DNA from: Chiloscyllium plagiosum
Taxonomy: Eukaryota
DNA length: 64,000 nucleotides
Assembly: GCF_004010195.1 (NCBI RefSeq)
Contig: NC_057719.1
Coordinates: 38,376,758 to 38,440,757, forward strand
Direction of reading: 5' to 3'
Position numbers and translations under genes: made by a program. Under the pieces are notes generated by a model. The model was not told the origin of the DNA. It made no database searches and saw nothing but the letters and a program-made list of their open reading frames with translations. Numbering within the stretch: position 1 is the stretch's first letter; the number at the start of each line of letters is the position of its first letter. Shown piece by piece: positions 11,601 through 23,600 of this stretch.

Positions 11601-14600
11601 GGTGTGGTTCTTTTTAAGCTGTAAGCTCTTAACACTTAACTATGTTTGCAGTAGGGTAAAGAAAAAGGAATACAGCTGGCTTATTTGCATCTAAACCTTC
11701 AGTGAAATATTTATGACGTTTTGACTACAAACACGCACACCCATAACCGGAATGTTGTTCCCAATGAACCAGCATGTGGCATTACATGCCCTGGACAGCT
11801 GTTCAGCTTGCCTCACTTTCCACCATCTTGCCTCTGTGTCAAGATCCAGTCCATATTTCAACTATTATTCTAGGCTGATATTCTAGTCCAGTGCAGAGTC
11901 AGTGCCACAGTATTGAATGGGAGTCATATGAAACTTTACTCTGAAGTACCTGTTATGTTGGCTGTACAAGATATTGAGGCCCTGTTTGAAAAGGAGTAGC
12001 AAGTTCTCTAGTTCTTGACAAACATCCCTCACCACCCCATCAAAAGTAAGTTTGGTAACTTGTCCATGAGGCTTTGCTGTGTGCAGCAGTTACTTCATTT
12101 ACCTTTACAACAATGACAATGGAACTTTGTCAGTAATTGGTTCCAGTGAACTTTGGGATATCTTGAGGGTAGGAGAAAGTGAGGACTGCAGATGCTGGAG
12201 ATCAAAGCTGAAAAATGTGTTGCTGGAAAAGCGCAGCAGGTCAGGCAGCATCCAAAGAGCAGGGGGATCGACGTTTCGGGCATAAGCCCTTCTTCAGGGC
12301 TTATGCCTGAAATGTCAATTCCCCTGCTCCTTGGATATCTTGAGGGTATCATTGATAATGATTTTGGAACTGTGAATCTTTTTTTCCTTCAAATGTAACA
12401 TTGCCTCTTACAGTAATAGCTGGCTGTAATTGATACCAAGCTGTATATGTACTGCTGTATTCCAATAGCAGAGAAATGTAGACTCTATTGGACCATGTGA
12501 CTTCAGCGACAAATTAAAACACAAATTTATTAACAAGTGAAGGGTGAGCAGCAGAATAAATTCCAATCATGTCAATTCTGTTATGAAATTGCCCACATAA
12601 CTCCTGATTCCGATGAAACAAAAGGTGCACCTTTGTTCATTCTCTTAATAATAATCCTAAATCATAAATGTCATAGGTCCATTTGAAGTCTGTGTGACTT
12701 CGCCACCCATGTTCCAGTACTCTGGTCTGGCTTCATCACTCCCCTCCCCCCCGCCCACCCCGCATCCCTCCTATTTATCTCTCAGTCCATGGCTCACAAG
12801 CCTCATTCCTGATGAAGGGCATATACCCAAAAACGTCGATTCTCCTGCTCCTCGGATGCTGCCTAACCTGCTGTGCTTTTCCAGCACCACACTCTCAATT
12901 CTGAGAAGAACATGGCAAAGTTGTCACGTTTATCCTTCAAAAATTATAGCTTCTTGAATTGTCAATCAATAAACCAAAGTGACTTCATTTGTCACCTGTC
13001 TCCTGGGATCCAAAGGAACAATATATTAATAAACATGATGCAATAGAAAGATACCTTAGAGGTTAGTTGGTACAATATCCATACTACACTCTTAAAATAT
13101 GCCACTATATTAAGGTCCACTAGTGAAATGGTAAATCTGTTCAGCTGTCTAACCTGTGGACCTGGTTCACCTCAGTATACAAATTTGAGCCATGCCTACA
13201 GAATGAAGATTCTGTCTCTCCCAGGGACTTGCAAATATTGTAACATCAATTTAAAGTGGCAACCAGTATTTCATATATAGAACAAAGCACAAAACAAAAA
13301 TCAAGAATGCTGTGGATATGGAAGTCTGAAAACAAAGAGAAATACTGGAAAAATGCAGAAGGTAGACAGTATCTGTTTAGAGAGACAAATAGCATGGTTA
13401 AGCACTTAAGAAAGACTATAATGGCTGAATGTTTAGCTTTATTTCTTTATTTTTTAACTTAATACTAAAAAGGACTGTACTGCTTAACTTTCACCTTTTT
13501 TATGCTGTACTAAGAGAAATAAGGAACTAAGAAAAATTAAACATTACATTACATTTAATGTAATGTTTAACTTTTAACTTAGTTCCTTATTTCTTTCTAC
13601 CTTGTTTTTAGGTTTTTGTACCTAGGTACTTGTACCTAAGCTGGTGCTGTATATAGTAACCTTGAACATTTTGCACTGTACTCCTATAGTTTTGTACTTG
13701 AGTATATATGACAACAAAGTCTAAATCTAATGAGTTGAATGTTCAATGTTTTAACAAAGGCTTCACAAGCTTTTTGAGGAAGTAACAAAGAGGATTAATG
13801 AAGGTAGAGTGGTAGACATGGTCTATACAAACTTCAGTAAGTCATTCAACAAGGTTCCCCATGGGAGACGGATTATCAAGGTTAGATCTCATGGAATACA
13901 CTAGCCATTTGGATACAGAACAGGCTGAAAGGTAGAAGACAAAGAGTGGTAGTGGAGGGTTGTTTTTCAGGCTGGAGGTCTGTGACATGTGGTGTGCTAC
14001 ATGTGGTGCTGGGTCCAGTGCTTTTTGTCATTTACATAAACAATTTGGATGTGGGCTTAAGAGGAATAGTTAACAAGTTTGCAGATGACACCATAATGGG
14101 AGGTGTAGTGGACGGTGAAGAAGGTTACCTCAGACCACAACAGGATTTTGATCAGATGGGCCAATAGGCTGAGGAGTGGTAGATGGAGTTTAACTTAAAT
14201 AAATGCAAGGTGCTGCAGTTCCAAGACTTATACACTATGGTAAGGTCCTAGGGACTGTTGCTGAACAAAGAGACCTTGGAGTGCAGATTAATTGTTCCTT
14301 GAAAGTAGAGTCGCAGGTGGACAGGGTAATGAAAAAGACGTTTGGTATGGTTTCCTTTATTGGTCAGAGTATTGAGTACAGGAGTTGGGAGGTCATGTTA
14401 TGGCTAATGTAGAGGACAGTAGTTAGGCTACTTTTGGAATATTGCGTGCAATTCTGGTCTCCTTCCTATTGGAAGGATGTTGTGAAACTTGAAAGGGTTC
14501 AGAAAAAATTTACAAGGATATTGCCAGGGTTGGAGAATTTGAGCTATAGGGAGAGGTTGAATAGGCTGGGGTTGTTTTCCCTGGAGCGTCAGAGGCTGAG

Positions 14601-17600
14601 GGAGTGACCTTATAGAGGTTTATAAAATCTTGAGGGGCATGGATAAGGTAAATAGACAAAGTTTTTCCCCGGCTTGGAGGAGTCCAGAACTAGAGGCCAT
14701 TGGTTTAATAGTGAGAGGGGAAAGATATAGAAGAGACCTAAGGGGCAACTTTTTTATGCAGAGAATGGTGCGTGTATAGAATGAGCTGCCAGAGGAAGTG
14801 GTGGAGGCTGGTACAATTACAATATTTAAAAGGCATCTGGATGGGAATATGAATAGGAAGGGTTTGGAGGGATATGGACCCAGTGCTGGCAAATGGGACT
14901 AGATTAGGCTGGGATATCTGGTCGGCATGGACTAGTTGGGCTGAAGGGTCTGTTTCCATGCTGCGCATCTGAATGACTCTATGTGAAACACGGTCTGCTC
15001 TGTTCTTTCAAACAGCACCAATGTGGAACAGTCAGCCTTATCTCTATTAGAAAGGAATTACATTTCAAGAAGAATAAAGATGTTAGATTTAGCTAATGTA
15101 GTACAGAGAAAGCTGAGTAATATACACAGTGTACAGCAACAACTCACTTTGATAGCATAGATAATCAAACTTCCCACAATTAGTTTGAAATGGAGATGAA
15201 AGATGTTGAGGGTGAAAGAAAGAATGGGACATGAAGACAGCTGTGAAGGACAGAACATCTCTCAGTGTTCCAGTGGGAATAAAAGTGATTTGCAGCCTAT
15301 TGAATCATTAAATACACTGCATTTCCATAACTCATGTTCTACTTTGCAGAACCTCAGAAGAATTTGCTCTAATTTGCGAAAAGAAGCAGGAAGCCAATGT
15401 TCAGAGCTTATTTGCACAAATCCCTTGAAGCCTCAAGGTCATTGCTGTAACATATGTGGTGAGCGTTGCTAATGTTAATTTTTAAAAGTTCTATCTTGAT
15501 CCATTTCAGTTATAAATGATCTCTAATAACCTATTTGGTTAATTTTCACATTTTTGTGAATTTGATGAGTTATTGTTATGGTGAAGGGCATCAGTATTAT
15601 GAGAATAAGATATTTCCATCATCCTTTCCTCTGCCAGGTACAAGCAGTTAAATGGAGAGTAAATCTCCCTCTCCTCTGTCCAATTACTGTACCAGCGGAA
15701 CCTTTAGAAAAGCATCCTAATCTGAATTAAAATGATGACTTATTATTTCATACACCAAATCAAGGATGTCTCAGAGAGGGTGCAGAATGTTCTCATGGGG
15801 GAGAGGGGTCAGCAGGAGGTCATTGTACACATTGGAACCAATGATATTGGAAGGGAAAAGGTTGAGATTCTGAAGGAAGATTATAGAGAGTTAGGCAGAA
15901 ATTTAAAAAGGAGGTCCTCAAGGGTAGTAATATCTGGATTACTCCCAATGCTACGAGCTAGTGAGGGCAGGAATAGGAGAACAGAGCAGATGAATGCATG
16001 GCTGAGGAGCTGGTGTATGGGAGAAGGATTCACATTTTTGGATCATTGGAATCTCTTTTGGGGTAGAAGTGACCAGTACAAGAAGGACAGATTGCACATA
16101 AATTNNNNNNNNNNNNNNNNNNNNNNNNNNNNNNNNNNNNNNNNNNNNNNNNNNNNNNNNNNNNNNNNNNNNNNNNNNNNNNNNNNNNNNNNNNNNNNNN
16201 NNNNNNNNNNNNNNNNNNNNNNNNNNNNNNNNNNNNNNNNNNNNNNNNNNNNNNNNNNNNNNNNNNNNNNNNNNNNNNNNNNNNNNNNNNNNNNNNNNNN
16301 NNNNNNNNNNNNNNNNNNNNNNNNNNNNNNNNNNNNNNNNNNNNNNNNNNNNNNNNNNNNNNNNNNNNNNNNNNNNNNNNNNNNNNNNNNNNNNNNNNNN
16401 NNNNNNNNNNNNNNNNNNNNNNNNNNNNNNNNNNNNNNNNNNNNNNNNNNNNNNNNNNNNNNNNNNNNNNNNNNNNNNNNNNNNNNNNNNNNNNNNNNNN
16501 NNNNNNNNNNNNNNNNNNNNNNNNNNNNNNNNNNNNNNNNNNNNNNNNNNNNNNNNNNNNNNNNNNNNGATTCAGTATGTGGATGTACCTACTAGAGAAG
16601 GTGCAAAATTTGACCTACTCTTGGGAACTCAGGCAGGGCAGGTGACTGAGATGTCAGTGGGAGAGCACTTTGGGGCCAGCGACCATAATTCTATTAGATT
16701 TAAAATAGTGATGGAAAAGGATAGACCAGATGTAAAAGTTGAGGTTCTAAACTGGAGAAAGGCCAATTTTGACGGTATTAGGCAATAACTTTCGAAAGCT
16801 GATTGGAGGCAGATGTTCGCAGGTAAAGGGACAGCTGGAAAATGGGAAGACTTCAGAAATAAGATAACGAGAATCCAGAGAAAGTATATTCCTGTCACTG
16901 TGAATTGGAAGGCTGTTAGGTATAGGGAATGCTGGATGACTAAAGAAATTGAGGGTTTGGTTAAGAAAAAGAAGGCAGCATATGTCAGGTATAGATAGGA
17001 TAGATCGAGTGAATCCTTAGAAGAGTATAAAGAAAGTAGGAGTATACTTAAGAGGGAAATCAGGAGGGCGAAACGGGGACATGAGATAGCTTTAGCAAAT
17101 AGAATTAAGGAGAATCCAAAGGGTTTTTACAGAAACATTAAGGACAAAAGGGTAACTAGAGAGAGAATAGGGCTCCTCAAAGATTAGCAAGGTGGCCTTT
17201 GTGTGGAGCCACAGAAAATGGGGGAGATACTAAATGAATATTTTGCATCAGTATTTACTGTGGAAAAGGATATGGAAGATATAGACTGTAGGGAAATAGA
17301 TGGTGACATCTTGCAAAATGTCCAGATTACAGAGGAGGAAGTGCTGGATGTCTTGAAATGGTTAAAGGTGGATAAATCTCCAGGACCTGATCAGGTGTAC
17401 CCGAGAACTCTGTGGGAAGCTAGAGAAGTGATTGCTTGGCCTCTTGCTGAGATATTTGTATCATTGATCGTCACAGGTGAGATGCCGGAAGACTGGAGGT
17501 TGGCAAACGTGGTGCCACTGTTGAAGAAAGGCAGTAAAGACAAGCCAGGAACTATAGCCCAGTGAGCCTGGCGTCGGTGGTGGGCAAGTTGTTGGAGAGA

Positions 17601-20600
17601 ATCCTGAGGGACAGGATGTACATGTATTTGGAAAGGCAAGGACTGATTCGGGATAGTCGACATGGCTTTGTGCGTGGGAAATCATGTCTCACAAACTTGA
17701 TAGAGTTTTTTGAAGAAGTAACAAAGAAGATTGATAAGGGCAGAGTTGTAGATGTGATTTCTATGGACTTCAGTAAGGCGTTCAATAAGGTTCCCCATGG
17801 GAGACTGATTAGCAAGGTCAGATCTCATGGAATACAGGGAGAACTAGCCATTTGGATACAGAACTGACTCAAAAGTAGAAGACAGAGGGTGGTGGTGGAG
17901 GGTTGTTTTTCAGACTGGAGGCCTGTGACCAGTGGAATGCCANNNNNNNNNNNNNNNNNNNNNNNNNNNNNNNNNNNNNNNNNNNNNNNNNNNNNNNNNN
18001 NNNNNNNNNNNNNNNNNNNNNNNNNNNNNNNNNNNNNNNNNNNNNNNNNNNNNNNNNNNNNNNNNNNNNNNNNNNNNNNNNNNNNNNNNNNNNNNNNNNN
18101 NNNNNNNNNNNNNNNNNNNNNNNNNNNNNNNNNNNNNNNNNNNNNNNNNNNNNNNNNNNNNNNNNNNNNNNNNNNNNNNNNNNNNNNNNNNNNNNNNNNN
18201 NNNNNNNNNNNNNNNNNNNNNNNNNNNNNNNNNNNNNNNNNNNNNNNNNNNNNNNNNNNNNNNNNNNNNNNNNNNNNNNNNNNNNNNNNNNNNNNNNNNN
18301 NNNNNNNNNNNNNNNNNNNNNNNNNNNNNNNNNNNNNNNNNNNNNNNNNNNNNNNNNNNNNNNNNNNNNNNNNNNNNNNNNNNNNNNNNNNNNNNNNNNN
18401 NNNNNNNNNNNNNNNNNNNNNNNNNNNNNNNNNNNNNNNNNNNNNNNNNNNNNNNNNNNNNNNNNNNNNNNNNNNNNNNNNNNNNNNNNNNNNNNNNNNN
18501 NNNNNNNNNNNNNNNNNNNNNNNNNNNNNNNNNNNTGGGTATATGAATAGGAAGGGTTTGGAGGGATATGGGCCGGGTGCTGGCAGGTGGGACTAGATTG
18601 GGTTGGGATATCTGGTTGGCATGGACGGGTTGGACCGAAGGGTCTGTTTCCATGCTGTACATATCTATGACTTATAAGACACATACAGCCTCTCGAAGTG
18701 GGACTGTTAGTTTAGTGACAAATTGGAAAGCGTTTATATTTCAGTGAGCAATTGAATTAACCGCCAATTAATTAAAATCTAGTTTGTTTGTTATTACAAA
18801 CCTTTCAATTATGAATCAACAAAGAGCCCCTAACCCGCAAGGTTTTGATCTATGCCAAATTACCAATAGTAAACAGATAAAACACTGTGCGCCACCCAGT
18901 GGTACCTTATGTATTGAAATATGTTCACTCCCTGCACCATTCAAAACTTAAATTTGGTAATCTTCTGGAAAAAAAACGAAAAATCAAATAATATCCAGGC
19001 CAATTTGAGAAAATCTGGGAAATTCCTCTTCAACCTATTGAAAAGAAACTATTCTCAAGTAACTTATCTTTTCCTGTACGACCCTATCTGAATTTTACTC
19101 ATCCCCAAATTTAATGATTAGCTTGCAAATAAAGAAAAGAGTTTGCTTTCAAAAGGAATTTAAGTATGTATGTGTTCCCAGGGTGTAATGCCCATGACTA
19201 CCAAATGTATGAATAAAGATTCAAATGGAACATCAAGTCTGTATGTTCAGGAATAAAATAAAAACAAGGTGCTGTAAAAACTCAGCTGTTTTTCTCTCTC
19301 CATAGATGCTGCCAGACCCATTGAGTTTCTCCAGCACTTTTCAGATGTTCAGCACCTACAATACTGTAGTTTGCAACATTACAACTTCAACAGTACTTAT
19401 TGATTTCATTTGGGGTACCTTTTGAATGTGGAAGATGTTAGAAGTTCATTTGTTTTTGTTTATTATGGAATACAGGACCATAATCCAGCTTTATTACTGG
19501 ACAAAAAAAAACCCACAGTGGCCAACTTAGTCCTATCAGATCCCAAAAAACGTAACAAAGGAAATAACCAATCATTCGGTTTAGTGATTTTGGTCAAGGG
19601 AGAAATGTTGATGAGGACAACAGGAACCATCCTAGTCTTTGAATAGATCTTTAAATCATCTGCTACACAACTGAGAAAGCAGAAAGGATCTCAATTTGAA
19701 GACTCACCTAAATAACAGTATTATTGAAAGTACAGCAATCACTCAGTATTGCATGGAGCTGTCAGCCTCGATTATGTGCTGAAATCCTGGAGTGGTGTTT
19801 GAACCAAGTACTTTCTAACTCTGAGGGGAGTATGAAACTGAGCTGACACAGACACACAACTTATTAAATGATATCTATTGTGTAGCAGCACAATATCAGG
19901 ACACAAAATTCATCTGCTGTCACAAATCTCTAAGGATGTATTTACGTTACCATGCCGGAATTCAGTTTTGCTTCCTAGTAATGTTATTATTTCAGTGTAA
20001 ATACAAACTGAATCTGGTACCACAGCCTGACTTGATGAATATATGCTCCCTATACCCTGGATTCAAAAGGAGGTCCTGACATCTAATTTGTGCTTCACAA
20101 ATCTAATATCAGCAAACTTCAGATTGAAACATCATAAAAGCCAGTAAGAAGCAAGTCTAAAATTGTTATCCAACATCCAACAATAGTAAACTGGAGGCAA
20201 ATTTATCACATGTACCTAATGTTTGAGATTTACAACATTATTAAAATTACTGATTACAGTGAATTAATAATTAGTTTTGCAGTCATGATTTTTTCAAAAG
20301 GTTGGATCAATAACTAATTAGTACTGTCACATTGAATTTCAGGTGCCATTATTTATCTAGAATATGGTCCAGAATTTGATCGAGAATCATACCGGGCCCA
20401 TCTTATTGACTCGTTCCTTGGCATGGTATGTTGTCTCCAATTCTCACAGTATTACATTGCTTTTTTATCAAATAAAGAAATAAAGCTAGCCCAGCAACAT
20501 TAGTCAAATATTTTCAAATACTGTTTTCTCTCTTTACTCCAGTCTTTCTTTCAGCCTTATTCAAGGATTTTAAAAACAAGATTTCATGCATTAATACTTA

Positions 20601-23600
20601 TTATTATTACAGAATTAATCTCTATAATACTTATTACGACCTACTGGAGCAATGTGTTGTAAATCAGGCTTCTTTATTCCTGGACTTGTAAGAAAGTTAA
20701 ATTTTTTAAGATACCCATAATATTCCAATTTGGCAGACATTGAGACTAAGATGCATAGAATGCACAGAGCACGTTTCTGAACTAAACTGAATGACTTGTT
20801 ACAAGTTTGACTATAGCTACAGGTAAACAAAGATAAACAGTGTGCAGATAATACTATTAACTAAAACTCTAATCCACTTATAAACTTCTGCCTCACTCAC
20901 TCACTTTCTCTCTGTCACACACAAGCATGCGCTCCCATGCATGTACGTACACACATATTGGCGAAGGAAGAAGAAAGGAAAATCAGTACAGTGGTTTTTG
21001 CTTCCTGATTGTGATGTTAAGATGATCGTTTGGCCAGCCAGGTCTTTGGTGTTCAGTTTTCTTCTTCTGGAAGTTTCTGCTGATCTTTAAGAAATATAGA
21101 GCAAATAATTCATTGGAAAATGTCTCTGGTTTATCAATTGGAATGTCACATCTCACAGTAACTGCTGCAGGAAGGGTAACTAGTTTTCTTCAAGATTAAA
21201 CTGAGTTTTTTACTGCAAAGAACAGGCAGCTTTCTGCTGGGGAGCACAATACACACTTCTGTCTGTCTTTGTCTGCCCGTATCTCTGTTTCTCATTTCCA
21301 GTTCCAGTTCCAAGCTGTTGAATGAGAACCAACCATATTCACTTGTAGATAACTCTCCGATTCTTGAGTACCTGCACATTGTGGAAAAATAGAGTGCACA
21401 GCAAATATTCCGTTCCTTGCTGTGAAATTATGCAACCATCCTGGTAATTTTTTTATTTAAAAGTAATTCTTTCTCATTGTAGACCACAATGTCTAAAGGT
21501 ATAAAAGTAAAATGACATGTCCTTACATACTCGCCCAGTCATATTTCATTTGAACCTTCAAGATTGTAACTTTCTTACAAAGATCAGTGAAGCTTGACTC
21601 TTTATACTGTGTGATTTTCCATTCCTAAAGCACCCTTCACCACATGCTATTACCTGAGTGTGCTTTCTTCATTTATAAGCAGAAGAGGTAAGTATCTGTC
21701 AGTTTTATAAAGTTGACATCTTTGCAATGACAAATGGAAATGGCAGTGATGTGACTGTTATTGTTGTCTCTTTCCATGCTGTGTCCTGGTAATGAAAAGG
21801 CCATGGTCTTTGGGTGCTGAATCAGTGACTTAATAATTTTATATCTTGTCACTGTGGACTCAATCAAAGTCAGATCATAAAATTTACTTTTCAGTTCAAG
21901 AGTAGCATTTTTTTTAATGGCAGGGAATGGTTGTGCAGCATGTTCATCCATGTAGTAATTTTGGCAGCAAATGTAGTCTTAGTTGGTTATGACTGATGCC
22001 AGTGACCATCTCTGAACCTTCTTGTGAAGTGTGTATACAAAACTTGTATCATGATAAAAGTGCATACTGAGTACAGGTGCACAATCCTTTATCCGAAATG
22101 CTCGGGATCAGCTGATTTTCGGAATTCCGAATTTTTTCGAATTTCAGAATAAGTGGCAATTTGATGGTGAAATTTTAAAAAAATCTTTCCAAAGAATAGA
22201 CTTGCTCTGAGTAAAACAGGCCCTGAAGCAAAATTGAGGCCTGCCACTGCTGGGCCACACCCCCACATGTCACATCTGAGTGACACGCATCGAGTGGGTG
22301 TCGACTTGGGTTAACTGTTTGCACGCCAAACAACCTTGTTAATATGAAAAAAAATTCACTAAAAAAACCTTCCGACTTTGGAGCTTTTTGGATTTCGGGA
22401 TTTTGGATAAAAGGTTGTCTACCTGTATTTTCATGCTGTCATGCAGCTGAAAGTTTGCTTTCATGTTTATTAGGACAAATACCAAGGTGTGCAGATATCT
22501 GTGACAAAGGTTTACAAGAAGCAGCTTTCAAAGAAAACCCTCCTGGTCGATGCTGCTCCACATATTCAAATTGTATTAATTGATAATGAGACTGAGTTGG
22601 CAACAGGAACACTTGCAGCTGCACTAGCACTTGATATTATGGAGGATATCATTTCCCGAGGTAACTACATATCTACCTCTGATTAAATAATCCTGCCCCT
22701 GAGATACTTCATGGAAATCCTGAAATCAACCTGTGCTGTTCCTGTAACATATCTGGGCTGTGCTGTTGATCTGGACTGCATATTTGTATCTTTCAATCTT
22801 TCTGATAACCATCTAAAGAAATGGGTAGTGAAAACATTAAACAAAAAAAAACTGGGAAAATGCAGCAGGCTTGGGTGCATCTGCAAAGTGAAACAGTCAT
22901 GTTTAGGATCAATTACCTTCTGTCAATATCCCCAGTACTTTGCTTCGGTATCAGTGAGTAAAGGTTTGGTTTGAACCAATTGATTGCTTTGTTTCACAGT
23001 TAGGGTAACCTACAAAGGATTGGCTATGCAACATTCACACAGGGAGGGGATGGGTGTGGGCCATCCATATGGCCAGCCACATCAGTGATAGCCAGCATTG
23101 TCCAATCCATTGGAGTTGAGATGGAGGAGCATAACTGACCTTTGCTGGTTAGCTGCTGCTGCCTCTGTTTATAGACTGACTTGTCATGACGTTGGGAGGC
23201 AAGTGCCAGTGGTTGTGGTGCAATGCTCGAGTCACATGTCTGCCAAGGTGTAGATTTAGGCACAGTGTGTAAGCTTTCACAGGGGAGTGTGAGACTTGAT
23301 GCAGTCTAAATGTGGGAGAATAAAGTGAGGCAATGAAACTGTTAGAAGGCAATTTGAAGGAGGGGTTAATGAATTCAGCATTGCATGAGGTTAGTAGTTG
23401 GTTTCTAAGGATATGAGGCTGAACTTTTCAGTATAAATCGCGAAATGCGAGTTAGTATTGTTATGAAGATGTAAGTGTACTGTACCTTGAAGAAAGTTAA
23501 AAGCTAGCAGAAATACCTGACAGCACCAAATGCTCTGAACAAGATATAATGTAACCTTTTGGTCCAGCAGCTAGTGTAGCTCATTGCCTGAGACAAAATC

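Noticed and set aside
5829..18684. Long ORFs (200-420 aa) in the ORF track
   Set aside because: Artefacts of N-runs inside CR1 copies.
19240..19370. Older PLE-like fold-backs (also ~13280-13400, 22850-22950, 56900-57130)
   Set aside because: Too degenerate to define boundaries, TSDs or hammerhead cores.
20704..21527. Possible solo LTR (also 51423-51920)
   Set aside because: Only weak terminal motifs, no clear TSD and no second copy in the window.
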